Shown here: piece by piece, positions 9,500 through 19,745 of the stretch
Position numbering within the stretch: position 1 is the first letter of the stretch
Layout: the number at the start of each line of letters is the position of its first letter
Source: Acholeplasmataceae bacterium
GTDB taxonomy: Bacteria; Bacillota_I; Bacilli_A; Acholeplasmatales; Acholeplasmataceae
NCBI GenBank assembly: GCA_963675245.1
Contig: OY775910.1
Span: forward strand, 1,280,001 to 1,344,000
Length of the DNA stretch: 64,000 nt
Direction: 5' to 3'
Position numbers and translations under genes: made by a program
The notes under the pieces: generated by a model
Seen by the model: the letters and a program-made list of their open reading frames with translations, nothing else
Told to the model about the DNA's origin: nothing
The model's database searches: none

Positions 9500-10948
9500 A
9501 TGAAACTCCAATATACAGGACTCAGTGAAATTAATGGACCATTAATCTTTTTAGATGATGTTGAAAATGTTGGTTATGAAGAAATGGTTGAAATTAAATT
9601 GCAAGATGGTACTTCACGCTTTGGTCGTGTGGTGCAAATTGATGGTAAACGTGTCGCGATACAAGTTTTTGAAGGGACACGTAATATCTCCCTTGAAAAC
9701 ACGAAGACACAATTCACTGGTCACCCCGTTGAAATGAATTTATCAAAAGAAATTTTAGGTAGAACATTTAATGGTTCCGGCCATCCAATTGATGGTTTAG
9801 GTGAAGTTTATATAGATGAGAAACAAAATATTAATGGCTCATCATTAAATCCAGTATCACGTGTTTATCCTCGTAACTTCATTCAAACAGGAGTATCTTC
9901 GATTGACGCTTTAACAACACTCATTCGTGGTCAAAAATTGCCAATCTTTTCTGGGTCTGGTATGCCACATAATGAACTCGCTGTTCAAATCGTTAAACAA
10001 GCGAAAATTGCTGATAAAAATGCTGATAATTTCTGCATTATATTCGCAGCGATGGGCGTTAAAAATGACGTTGCTGATTACTTTAAGAGACAGTTTGAAG
10101 AAGCAGGTGTTATGCACCGTGTTGTCATGTTTTTAAACTTATCAAACGAACCGATTATTGAACGTATATTAACACCTAGATTCGCATTAACAGCAGCAGA
10201 ATATCTTGCCTATAAGCATGATATGCATGTGCTAGTCATCTTAACGGATGTCACTTCGTATTGTGAAGCACTAAGAGAATTCTCATCATCAAAAGGAGAA
10301 ATTCCTGGACGTAAAGGTTTCCCTGGATATCTTTACTCTGATCTTGCATCATTATATGAAAGAGCTGGCATTGTACACAGTGCAAAAGGATCTGTCACAC
10401 AAATCCCTATTTTAACAATGCCTAATGATGATATTACCCATCCAGTACCTGACTTAACAGGTTATATTACAGAAGGACAAGTGGTTTTATCTCGTGAATT
10501 AACACAAGTGGGCATTTACCCACCTGTTGGTGTCCTACCTTCATTATCACGTTTGATGAAAGATGGGATTGGTGCTGAATATACAAGAGGTGACCACTCT
10601 GATGTCGCAAACCAATTATTCGCATCCTATGCACAAGTACAAGATGCAAGAAGTCTTGCTTCAGTTATAGGGGAAGATGAATTGTCACCTGTCGATAGAC
10701 AATATATTGAATTTGGAAAACTATTTGAAGAGCACTTCCTTAATCAAGGATTCGAAACAAATCGTGGCATGCTAGAAACACTTGACCTCGGGTGGGATTT
10801 ACTTTCAGTCTTACCAAAAGAAGAATTATCTCGTGTCGATGATAAAGTGATTGACCAATTTTATAACCATGAACGCGCTGTTGAAAGATTCCATATTATC
10901 ACGAAACCGATCATCAACCAACTAAGAGGTGAGCGAAACAGTGACTAA
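9500..10948 (+). CDS. ntpB: V/A-type ATPase subunit B
   Basis: [45 protein letters not shown]. Confidence 0.98.
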   Translation: MKLQYTGLSEINGPLIFLDDVENVGYEEMVEIKLQDGTSRFGRVVQIDGKRVAIQVFEGTRNISLENTKTQFTGHPVEMNLSKEILGRTFNGSGHPIDGLGEVYIDEKQNINGSSLNPVSRVYPRNFIQTGVSSIDALTTLIRGQKLPIFSGSGMPHNELAVQIVKQAKIADKNADNFCIIFAAMGVKNDVADYFKRQFEEAGVMHRVVMFLNLSNEPIIERILTPRFALTAAEYLAYKHDMHVLVILTDVTSYCEALREFSSSKGEIPGRKGFPGYLYSDLASLYERAGIVHSAKGSVTQIPILTMPNDDITHPVPDLTGYITEGQVVLSRELTQVGIYPPVGVLPSLSRLMKDGIGAEYTRGDHSDVANQLFASYAQVQDARSLASVIGEDELSPVDRQYIEFGKLFEEHFLNQGFETNRGMLETLDLGWDLLSVLPKEELSRVDDKVIDQFYNHERAVERFHIITKPIINQLRGERNSD

Positions 10949-11570
10949 TCAAGTATTCCCGACGAAGGGTAATTTAATGGCACTTACAAAATCCAATAAA
11001 TTAGCCCAAAAAGGGTATGAATTGATGGATCGTAAGCGTAACATTTTAATGCGAGAAATGATGACTTTATTAGCAGATGTAAAAATGCTTCGTGAAGAAA
11101 TATCAAGCACCTTTAAACGTGCATATCAGGCACTTCAAGAGGCGAACATCACCTTAGGTATTGTAAGTGATATTGCAAAATCAATTCCGATTGACTCAGG
11201 TGTAGAAGTTGTCTATCGCTCTGTCATGGGTGTGGAAATCCCAAAAGTAAGCCATGAAGTAAAACCCGTTAAAATTTCTTATGGTATTGGTGCGACCAAT
11301 ACAAAATTTGACTATGCTTATAAAATGTTTCAAAAGGTTAGAGACTTAACAGTTAAACTTTCTGAAGTTGATAACGCGACGTATCGTTTAGCAAACGCGA
11401 TTCGTAAAGCACAAAAAAGAGCGAATGCATTACAAAATATCGTGATTCCACGTTTTAAAGCGAATATAAAATATATCACAGAAGTACTTGAAGAAAAAGA
11501 ACGTGAGCAATTCACAAGACAAAAAGTGATTAAAGAACAACAAGAAAAACGCAAGCAACTTAAACTATAA
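10941..11570 (+). CDS. ntpD: V/A-type ATPase subunit D
   Basis: [26 protein letters not shown]; likely GTG start at 10941 after GAGGTG. Confidence 0.95.
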   Translation: MTNQVFPTKGNLMALTKSNKLAQKGYELMDRKRNILMREMMTLLADVKMLREEISSTFKRAYQALQEANITLGIVSDIAKSIPIDSGVEVVYRSVMGVEIPKVSHEVKPVKISYGIGATNTKFDYAYKMFQKVRDLTVKLSEVDNATYRLANAIRKAQKRANALQNIVIPRFKANIKYITEVLEEKEREQFTRQKVIKEQQEKRKQLKL

Positions 11571-11571
11571 T

Positions 11572-11597
11572 AAAAACGCGGCTACCCGCGTTTTTTT
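11572..11597. terminator. Bidirectional intrinsic terminator
   Basis: AAAAACGCGG-CTAC-CCGCGTTTTTTT between convergent genes. Confidence 0.85.
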
Positions 11598-12447
11598 AAT
11601 ATTTCAATGAATGTTCAATATGTTTTAAATAATCTTCAATAAATGCACGATAACTTAAGATAGCCTCTCTAAATTCATTTTTTAGAGGAATAACAAATCG
11701 TTCTTCACGTGATCTTAAATATTTTACATAAGCATGACTTAACCGATTTAATTGATCATGAAGTTTGTCTTCACCTTTTAATTTCATCATACGTCTAACA
11801 TCGACAATTAAAGCTCTAAACACCATATCATATCCTTCAATTTGACGGTGTTTCGTACGTTTTGTATCACACCATTCAGTGACATAATTGAGATAGTCAT
11901 CAAGCGCTTTTAGAGAATCTTTAATCGCATCAACAATCGTATAAGTCTTATCTTTAGTAGGATTGATAAAACCAATGTGAACATGATCTGCCAAATAGTT
12001 AAGTAGGTTTTCTTCATGTAATTCAATATAACGGTAATTGGGAGATTCAATTTGTTCTGGCATAATAAATATATATGTGTCAGTCATTAAATCATGATGA
12101 CTGAACACGACGGCATATTGTTTATCGTCCATATGTAGTGACAATAAAGCCTTACGTTTGAATTTACTTAAGTTCTGTAACATGGTTAATGTTTGAAGTT
12201 TGGTAATATGTTCTTCAATAAATTCTAAATCGTAATGATTCAAAAATAAATCAAACCAAATTTTACTTTGTAATCTGGTCCCAGCAGTATAAGCAATCTT
12301 AGTTTTCGACATTTCTTGACGCATAAAAAGATAAGGCATTCGCATTTCAAGTGCAATGTCTTTATCAAATTTATTAATCTTAAAATCTTCTAATAAGATG
12401 GCGATACATGTATAAACGTGAGATCCCCTAAATGTCATGTATTTCAT
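11596..12447 (-). CDS. Hypothetical protein
   Basis: 283-aa ORF coupled to yidD by an ATGA overlap; no family recognised with confidence. Confidence 0.8.
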   Translation of the reverse strand: MKYMTFRGSHVYTCIAILLEDFKINKFDKDIALEMRMPYLFMRQEMSKTKIAYTAGTRLQSKIWFDLFLNHYDLEFIEEHITKLQTLTMLQNLSKFKRKALLSLHMDDKQYAVVFSHHDLMTDTYIFIMPEQIESPNYRYIELHEENLLNYLADHVHIGFINPTKDKTYTIVDAIKDSLKALDDYLNYVTEWCDTKRTKHRQIEGYDMVFRALIVDVRRMMKLKGEDKLHDQLNRLSHAYVKYLRSREERFVIPLKNEFREAILSYRAFIEDYLKHIEHSLKY

Positions 12448-12704
12448 TGTTCTTTATGATCCTCTTCATGTGTGTGATGATGTTTAATTTTTTTCTCAGG
12501 AACCGGGTCATATTTAGGCTTGAATAAAGGATTGCAGGTCAGGATTCTTTTCGTCGTTAAAAAGCTCGCTTTGACAAAGTTAAAACGCTCATATGCCGTG
12601 ACGGCATATTGTGAACATGTTGGCTTATGTCTGCAATGATGGCCACTATATGGACTGATGTTTTTTTGATACCATTTAATCATTTTAATCGGTATTTTAT
12701 TCAT
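12444..12704 (-). CDS. yidD: Membrane protein insertion efficiency factor YidD
   Basis: YQKNISP..C...PTCSQYA...RILTCNPL...YDPVP. Confidence 0.93.
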   Translation of the reverse strand: MNKIPIKMIKWYQKNISPYSGHHCRHKPTCSQYAVTAYERFNFVKASFLTTKRILTCNPLFKPKYDPVPEKKIKHHHTHEEDHKEQ

Positions 12705-12839
12705 TATCTCACCAAGATTATTATATCACGAGTTCTTGTACATGGTAAATCATGTTATTTAAAGGTTTTATCTTTCAATCGAGTATGATTATGCTATAAT
12801 AGAATTATAGATAATGGAAACGATTACAGGAGGTTAGAG

Positions 12840-14897
12840 ATGAAAGAATATGCGACAAATCAAATCCGAAATATCGCCATTTTAGGCCATCAAGGATCTG
12901 GTAAAACGAGTCTTTCAGAAGCATTGTTATTTGTCAGTAGCGCCATTGACAAAAAAGGAGAAGTTGAGAAAAAAAGTACCGTCTCTGACTATATGGTTGA
13001 GGAGCAAAGCAAACAAGCAAGTTTGTCATTAAGCTTACTACCTACGGAATGGCATGATTATAAACTTAATTTCTTAGATGTGCCAGGGATTGATGAACTG
13101 GTCGGTGATTTAAATCAAGCATTAGAGGTCGTTAAGGGAGCGATCATCATGATTGATGCCAGCAAAGGCGTAGAAGTTGGCACCGAACGTGTGTGGAATC
13201 AAATTAGAAAACGTCATATTCCTACAATTTTATTCGTTAATAAAATGGATAAAGAAAACATCAAGTTTGAAGAAGTTCTTGAGCAAATTCGTGAACAACT
13301 TGGTAAAAAGGCAGTCCCATTTGCATGGCCAATTGGACATCATGACGATTTTGAAGGCTTTGTTAATGTCGTTGACATGAAAGCACGCATCTACGATGGC
13401 AATACGTGTAAAGATGCAGAAATTTGGGAAGAAAAGAAAGCAAAAGTTGAAGAGTTACACACATTGATTATTGAAAGTGTTGCAGAATCTTCAGAAGAAT
13501 TATTAGATTTATATTTATCTGGTGAAGATATTCCTACTGAGATTGTTCATAAATCTCTTAGAGAAGGTATTTTCCATGGGGAATTAACACCGGTGATTGT
13601 CGGAAGTGCTACAAAGACTATTGGTGTTGAAACATTGCTTGATTTACTAGTTGATATGTTGCCTGCACCTAATGATTTAGAACCGCTTGTTGCAAAAGAC
13701 ATCACGACTGGGGAAGAAATCAAGAGAGAAACTAAAGAATCAGAACCATTCTCAGCCTATGTTTTTAAAACAGTTGTAGACCCATTCTTAGGAACGATTA
13801 ATCTATTGAAGATTAATTCAGGTTCATTAAAAAATGGTCAAGAAGTACTTATTTCAAATAATGGTGAAACAAAGAAAATCATGAATTTATTTGAATTAAG
13901 AGGAAAACAGCAAATCGATCTTGATGTATTTCATGCAGGAGATATCGCTGCAATTGCAAAACTTGAAGGTATTGAAACAGGACAAACGTTAACCGATCCA
14001 AAACACCCTATTATGTTTGCACCTGTTGTTCAACCAACACCTGTCATTTATATTGCAGTACATCCGAAACATAAAAACGATGAAGATAAGATTTCGATGG
14101 CACTTCACCGCATTAACTTAGAAGATCCTACGTTTGAAATAAAGCGTAATAAAGAAACTGCCCAACTTCTATTAGGTGGTCAGGGTATGAATCACCTTCA
14201 TTACGTTTTAGAACGTATGAAAAATATATTTAAAGTTGAAGTGGATATTCAAGACCAAAAAATTGTTTATCGTGAAACGATTAAACGTAAAGTTGAAGCG
14301 GAAGGTAAACATAAGAAACAATCCGGTGGTGCTGGACAATTTGGTCATGTATTTATTCGTTTTGAACCAAATGATAAAGATTTTGAATTTAGTGAAGAAG
14401 TCTTTGGAGGAGCAGTACCGAGAGGTTATTTCCCTGCTGTAGAAAAAGGCTTAATAGAAACATTTGAACATGGTCCTCTGGCAGGTTTCCCTGTTATTAA
14501 TGTTAAAGCGACACTATTTGATGGATCTTACCATCCAGTAGATTCAAATGAAATCAGTTTTAAACTTGCTGCAAGTCTAGCATTTAAAAAAGCTTGTGAA
14601 ACAGCTGGTCCAACCATTCTTGAACCGATTGTTAAAGTTTTAGTAACTGTTAAAGATACGTTTGTTGGGGACGTCATGGGCGATATGAATAAACGTCGTG
14701 GTCGTGTGCTTGGCATGGGGCAAAGCGATGGTTATCAAGTTGTTGAAGCAGAAGTTCCTGAATCTGAAATTACTACATATGCTATCGACTTAAAAGCAAT
14801 GACACAAGGTAGTGGGCAATTCACGCGTGAATTCCTACGCTACGAAGAAGTTCCAGGCAACTTGATCCCTAAGATTGTAGAAGCCTACAAAGAGTAA
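12840..14897 (+). CDS. Elongation factor G-like protein (EF-G2)
   Basis: IRNIAILGHQGSGKT, NKMD, KQSGGAGQFG, GSYHPVDS; divergent switch I and DVPGI in place of DTPGH. Confidence 0.93.
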   Translation: MKEYATNQIRNIAILGHQGSGKTSLSEALLFVSSAIDKKGEVEKKSTVSDYMVEEQSKQASLSLSLLPTEWHDYKLNFLDVPGIDELVGDLNQALEVVKGAIIMIDASKGVEVGTERVWNQIRKRHIPTILFVNKMDKENIKFEEVLEQIREQLGKKAVPFAWPIGHHDDFEGFVNVVDMKARIYDGNTCKDAEIWEEKKAKVEELHTLIIESVAESSEELLDLYLSGEDIPTEIVHKSLREGIFHGELTPVIVGSATKTIGVETLLDLLVDMLPAPNDLEPLVAKDITTGEEIKRETKESEPFSAYVFKTVVDPFLGTINLLKINSGSLKNGQEVLISNNGETKKIMNLFELRGKQQIDLDVFHAGDIAAIAKLEGIETGQTLTDPKHPIMFAPVVQPTPVIYIAVHPKHKNDEDKISMALHRINLEDPTFEIKRNKETAQLLLGGQGMNHLHYVLERMKNIFKVEVDIQDQKIVYRETIKRKVEAEGKHKKQSGGAGQFGHVFIRFEPNDKDFEFSEEVFGGAVPRGYFPAVEKGLIETFEHGPLAGFPVINVKATLFDGSYHPVDSNEISFKLAASLAFKKACETAGPTILEPIVKVLVTVKDTFVGDVMGDMNKRRGRVLGMGQSDGYQVVEAEVPESEITTYAIDLKAMTQGSGQFTREFLRYEEVPGNLIPKIVEAYKE

Positions 14898-14906
14898 AAT
14901 ATGTTT

Positions 14907-14937
14907 AAGCCCTCTACAATTTTAGTGGAGGGCTTTT
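14907..14937 (+). terminator. Intrinsic terminator after EF-G2
   Basis: AAGCCCTCTAC...GTGGAGGGCTT followed by a short U tract. Confidence 0.7.
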
Positions 14938-15327
14938 ATGTACTGTGAAATCTGTCATCAAGTCATCGTAAAAAGACATACTATTCATACATTATTTAAA
15001 AATGAGATGCATCATATTTGTGATTATTGTTTTAGAAAATATCCATTAATAGTAAAAAAATCAGTATTACCAATTGAATCAGGTGTTATGTATTGGACAT
15101 CCATGATTAAAACACCAGATTATGTGTCATCCACTGCTTATATGTCTTTTATGAAACCATTTTATTTTGATTATATAAAACATAACAATAAGTGTTTGTT
15201 CTTGCATTTTGACCGCTTAAGCAGTACAATACTATCAATCTTAGATTCACTAAAGCTAGGAGATATTTATCTTCTAACGCTTTATGAAAATATAGACGAA
15301 GAAGAGGAGAACGAGTATGACATTTGA
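14938..15327 (+). CDS. Short ComF(C)-like protein, double zinc-ribbon N-terminus
   Basis: CEIC and CDYC motifs; immediately upstream of hpf, as comFC is in Bacillota; no PRTase motif. Confidence 0.6.
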   Translation: MYCEICHQVIVKRHTIHTLFKNEMHHICDYCFRKYPLIVKKSVLPIESGVMYWTSMIKTPDYVSSTAYMSFMKPFYFDYIKHNNKCLFLHFDRLSSTILSILDSLKLGDIYLLTLYENIDEEEENEYDI

Positions 15328-15868
15328 AGTATTAGGTAAAAATGGCTTTGTGCCAACCAATGCGATCAAAGCTTATGCTGAAAAAAGACTCCACAAAGTT
15401 GAGTCATTGTTTGGTAGACAAGTCGTTGATGAAATTCGTGTGATGTGTAAAGTATATAAAGATCATCACAAAGTTGAAGTCAATGTGATTGCTAAAGGTA
15501 CACTTGTAAGAGCTGAGGCCAGCGATCCTGACATGTATGCTGCAATTGATAAAGCAAATGACAAGTTGATTGCACAAATTAGAAGACATCGTGATAAACT
15601 CAAACACCACCTCGAAAAAGAAGGTATCAAAGATGCCTACAGTGAAACATTTGATGCAGAAGATTTAGAAAAAGATATTCTTGCATCACAACTGGTGAAA
15701 AATAAAAAAATCGAATTAAAACCAATGACATCAGGTGAAGCTATATCACAGATGGAATTATTGGGGCATGATTTCTTTGTCTTCTTAGACAAAGACACGA
15801 ACAAAACACACGTTGTCTATCGTCGAGATGATGGTGATTATGCAGTGATTGAAACGACGATTAACTAA
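15317..15868 (+). CDS. hpf: Ribosome hibernation promoting factor (long HPF)
   Basis: DMYAAID...KL..QIRR; C-terminal KPM...EAI.QMELLGHDFFVF..VVYRR.DG.Y. Confidence 0.96.
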   Translation: MTFEVLGKNGFVPTNAIKAYAEKRLHKVESLFGRQVVDEIRVMCKVYKDHHKVEVNVIAKGTLVRAEASDPDMYAAIDKANDKLIAQIRRHRDKLKHHLEKEGIKDAYSETFDAEDLEKDILASQLVKNKKIELKPMTSGEAISQMELLGHDFFVFLDKDTNKTHVVYRRDDGDYAVIETTIN

Positions 15869-15873
15869 AGAAT

Positions 15874-15898
15874 AAGGGAGATTTTTCTCCCTTTTTTT
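15874..15898 (+). terminator. Intrinsic terminator after hpf
   Basis: AAGGGAGA-TTTT-TCTCCCTTTTTTT. Confidence 0.85.
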
Positions 15899-16010
15899 GT
15901 AACAAATATATTTAATGAAAGAAATTGAAAGATTTCCTTGATATTTTCATAAATAGTAGTATAATAAACAATTGGCGAGGGGGAAACGTCGTTACAGGAG
16001 ATGATTATTC

Positions 16011-17300
16011 GTGCCAATAGATATATATACATTCTTATTATATTTAGCCATTACATTATTTGTCGGTTTTATATTTGGTAAATTAGCAGAACTGATTAAG
16101 ATTCCAGCCATTACAGGTTACATTGTATCAGGTGTTTTAATTGGACCTAGTGTTTTTGGTATTTTAACAGATACAAATATTGTAGCATTAGATGTCATTA
16201 CAAATTTTGTGTTAGGTATTATTGCTTATCAAATTGGTACTGAGTTATGGTTACCAAAAGTTAAGAAGAGTGGTAAATCAATCATTATTATTACTGCGAT
16301 TCAAGCTTTAGGTACGGCATTACTTGTATTTGGCGCAGTTTATCTATTAGATCCTGAACATCGTTTATGGCTCGCTTTAACCTTATCAGCGATAGCGACA
16401 GCGACTGCACCAGCACCAATTATGGTATTGGTTAAATCATTGCGCGCTAAAGGTCCTGTGACGGATACTGTGATTCCTGTTGTAGGGATTGATGATATCT
16501 TTGGTGTCATCATCTTTGGATTATTTACATCAATTGCTAGAGCTACTATTGGTGGAGGTGCACTCACCTTAGAAACGGCTTTATTAGAACCTTTAATTGA
16601 AGTGTTCTTCTCACTCTTAATTGGTGGATTATTCGGATTATTCCTTGGCTTAATCTCGAAATTCTTTGTTGTCAAATTACCAAAAAGAGAACGTTATATC
16701 ACATATTTAGTTTTCGCGTTATCATCAGTACTAACAACGGTTTATATCGCACATCATGGTTTCGCAATTGGTAGCTTTGAAGTTCATGGCTTATCCATGA
16801 TTTTAACACCTATGATGGTTGGTATGGTATTTACGAACATGATTAAAAAAGAACCATTTGAAATTCAAGGTGCTGCACTTTCGAACTTCTCTGGTCCGCT
16901 TATTATTATATTCTTCACACTTGCTGGTGCACAATTAAAACTAGATGTTTTAATTTCAGCAGGATTCATCGCGATTTTATATATCGTCTTTAGATCAATT
17001 GGAAAAATTGGTGGCTCTTATATTGGTGCTGTTGCTGCTAAATCACCGAAAGTGGTTAGAAATTGGACAGGTCCTTGTATACTGTCACAAGGTGGGGTTG
17101 AAATAGGTATGCTTGTTGCTGTATCTAGTATATTTCAAGGATATGCAGAAGAAGCATTACTCATTAAAACCGTTGTCTTAGCAGGTATCTTATTCTTTGA
17201 AATAGTTGGTCCGATTGTCTTTAAGATGTCAATTGAAAAAATTGGTGAAGCACATGTTCACCATGTGGATGCACATATCCCAATTGCAAATAAAAGCTAA
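16011..17300 (+). CDS. Cation:proton antiporter (CPA family)
   Basis: About 12 TM; PAITGYIVSGVLIGPS, ATATAPA, GIDD motifs. Confidence 0.9.
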   Translation: MPIDIYTFLLYLAITLFVGFIFGKLAELIKIPAITGYIVSGVLIGPSVFGILTDTNIVALDVITNFVLGIIAYQIGTELWLPKVKKSGKSIIIITAIQALGTALLVFGAVYLLDPEHRLWLALTLSAIATATAPAPIMVLVKSLRAKGPVTDTVIPVVGIDDIFGVIIFGLFTSIARATIGGGALTLETALLEPLIEVFFSLLIGGLFGLFLGLISKFFVVKLPKRERYITYLVFALSSVLTTVYIAHHGFAIGSFEVHGLSMILTPMMVGMVFTNMIKKEPFEIQGAALSNFSGPLIIIFFTLAGAQLKLDVLISAGFIAILYIVFRSIGKIGGSYIGAVAAKSPKVVRNWTGPCILSQGGVEIGMLVAVSSIFQGYAEEALLIKTVVLAGILFFEIVGPIVFKMSIEKIGEAHVHHVDAHIPIANKS

Positions 17301-17301
17301 T

Positions 17302-17340
17302 AAAAAAGGATGATTTTAATGAAATCATCCTTTTCTTTTT
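17302..17340. terminator. Bidirectional intrinsic terminator
   Basis: AAAAAAGGATGATTT-TAATG-AAATCATCCTTTT between convergent genes. Confidence 0.85.
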
Positions 17341-17349
17341 TAAGTTAAT

Positions 17350-17952
17350 TTATTTAGCTGCTGCAAAGTTATTAGCTACTTGATCCCAATTAACAACATT
17401 GAAGAATGCTGATACATAATCAGGACGACGATTTTGATAGTTTAAGTAATATGCATGTTCCCAAACATCTAAACCTAAGATTGGAGTACCCATTGCAAGT
17501 GGCGTATCTTGATTTGGTGTTGATGTCACAACTAAACCATCTTTTGTTGCAACTAACCAAGCCCAACCACTACCAAATCTTGTTTTAGCAGCTGTTGAGA
17601 AAGCTTCTTTAAATGCATCAAATGAACCGAATGCATCATTGATAGCAGCAGCAAGCTTCCCAGTTGGCGTTGCCCCATTGTTTACTTTTAAAATAGACCA
17701 GAATAACTTATGATTGTAAAAACCACCACCATTGTTTTGAACTGCAGTACGAATGTCTGCAGGCACTAAGCTTAAGTCAGCGAGTAGTGTTTCAAGTGGT
17801 GTATCTAATTCTGGGTGTTTTGCTAACGCATTATTAAGATTATTTGTATAACCTTGATGGTGTTTTGTATAATGAATTTCCATCGTTCTAGCATCAATAA
17901 ATGGTTCTAATGCATCATATGCATAACCTAATTTTGGTAATTCGAATGTCAT
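17350..17952 (-). CDS. sodA: Superoxide dismutase (Mn/Fe family)
   Basis: [28 protein letters not shown]. Confidence 0.97.
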   Translation of the reverse strand: MTFELPKLGYAYDALEPFIDARTMEIHYTKHHQGYTNNLNNALAKHPELDTPLETLLADLSLVPADIRTAVQNNGGGFYNHKLFWSILKVNNGATPTGKLAAAINDAFGSFDAFKEAFSTAAKTRFGSGWAWLVATKDGLVVTSTPNQDTPLAMGTPILGLDVWEHAYYLNYQNRRPDYVSAFFNVVNWDQVANNFAAAK

Positions 17953-18035
17953 TGTAATACCTCCTTAATTTCTAATTCAATATTACATCAATTATAAATA
18001 AAATACAATTGATTTGCACTCTCAAATTATCTTTT

Positions 18036-19595
18036 TTATAATTTAAGCCATGACTTTATTTGGGTATTGTCTATATCAATATAAATGGTTTTTTGATGTG
18101 TATAAGTGACATGATAACCAGGCATTTTAGGAATTTTCTTTAAATGTCTAATTTGTGTATAATCAACGGGAATGGATGAAGATAAAGAAAGACTAGAATG
18201 ATAAGCTGCAAGCATAGCTGCTTTACGAATAACGGCTTCACTAAGGTCATTTGTTTGTACAACTAAATGGGTACCTGGAGCATCCTTTACGTGAAACCAC
18301 ATATCGTTTTGGTTGGCGAGTTGATGTGCAATATAAGCATTTTGCTTATCGTTTTTACCAAGAATATAGGTGGCATTTTGATCAATGATTTTTGTAATGT
18401 TTGGTTGTTGTTTTTTCTTATTATTAACTGTTTTCGTTTTGATTTTATAACCAAATGGTTCAAGATCAGAAGCAAAGTCTTTTAAATCATTTCCATCACT
18501 AATGGATAAATAGGTTTGATAGGCTAAAAAGAGATTGATTAACTGTTGATTAGCCTCAATTTGTTCCTGAATGGGTCTGATGCCACGTTTCGCTTTTTGA
18601 TAGATTTGATAATAACGCTGTGCATTTTCATTTAATGTTAGCATCGGATCGAGTATGATGTCTTGATCATTAACGCTAATGGACGAATGTTTTTCAGTTA
18701 AAGGTATCATTGATTGATAAATCAAATCACCTGAATTTTTAGCTAATAATCGTTCATTATTCTGTTCTTCCTGTTGTTTTAATTGCTCATCTTTTCGACG
18801 ATATTTTAATAATTGTTTTTGTATAAATTGCTCATAAGATACTTTTGATTGCTTGACTGCTTTTTTTGGTCGATCAAATAATTGAGAAATAGTTGATTGT
18901 GTTATTTTTTCATCTTGTTCGTCAAAGATATCTGAAAAGTATACATCTTGTTTATCAACATTAACGGTTGGTTTCACTTCTAAATCAAGCGGTTTTAGGT
19001 GATGCTCAAAAAGGTAGGTTGCTGTTAATCTACTAATTCCCATATATTGAGTTGAAATATCTTTTGGGATTGTTATATTGTCATATGAAAAATGAGTAAA
19101 TGGTTTCTTATCTGAAGGAAAAAAATCAAAAGTTGCGTGGGGAAGTAGTTGTCTACCGGTGTCGAAAAACATTTTTTTATGTGTGTCAATAATCATTTGA
19201 TTACTTGTTAAGATTAAGTTAGAATACTTACCCATCGCTTCAAAAACGAGTTCTTTCTTAATCGGGCCTTCAATTAAATCATATGAAGTGAAACTTAAGA
19301 CTAAAACGCGATCGGTTTGATACTGTGTAATATGATCTAAAATGGCACCAGATAATTCTTTTTTTAATGACTGTGAAAATTGTGTATTTAATATTTCATT
19401 ATGTTTGTGTATCGATAAATAAATCGCGAAATCTTTAGGATGTACATTGATGATTAAGTGTTGTTTATCGCCATAACGATAAAAAGTAAGACCAAATAGA
19501 TGTTCATCGTGTTGAACTATCTTTTCTAATCTCGCTTTACTAAGCGTTTCATCTAACTCTTTTTGCAAATGATATAATAATAAACCATCAATCAT
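18036..19595 (-). CDS. rqcH: Ribosome quality control protein RqcH (NFACT/FbpA family)
   Basis: N-terminal DG, TDR and EAMGKYSNLIL motifs; ENAQRYY..Y.KAK; GKNDKQN..WFHVKDAPGTH. Confidence 0.92.
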   Translation of the reverse strand: MIDGLLLYHLQKELDETLSKARLEKIVQHDEHLFGLTFYRYGDKQHLIINVHPKDFAIYLSIHKHNEILNTQFSQSLKKELSGAILDHITQYQTDRVLVLSFTSYDLIEGPIKKELVFEAMGKYSNLILTSNQMIIDTHKKMFFDTGRQLLPHATFDFFPSDKKPFTHFSYDNITIPKDISTQYMGISRLTATYLFEHHLKPLDLEVKPTVNVDKQDVYFSDIFDEQDEKITQSTISQLFDRPKKAVKQSKVSYEQFIQKQLLKYRRKDEQLKQQEEQNNERLLAKNSGDLIYQSMIPLTEKHSSISVNDQDIILDPMLTLNENAQRYYQIYQKAKRGIRPIQEQIEANQQLINLFLAYQTYLSISDGNDLKDFASDLEPFGYKIKTKTVNNKKKQQPNITKIIDQNATYILGKNDKQNAYIAHQLANQNDMWFHVKDAPGTHLVVQTNDLSEAVIRKAAMLAAYHSSLSLSSSIPVDYTQIRHLKKIPKMPGYHVTYTHQKTIYIDIDNTQIKSWLKL

Positions 19596-19745
19596 GAAAA
19601 TACACCTCTACACATCATTTTAACATATGATTTGTGAATTGCCTTTCTTTCAATGAAAAGAAAGGTGTAAATGAATGCATGCTATTTACATATGTGTAAA
19701 TATAAGTTATAATAAAGGGTAAATCAAGTGTTACAGGAGGCACCG

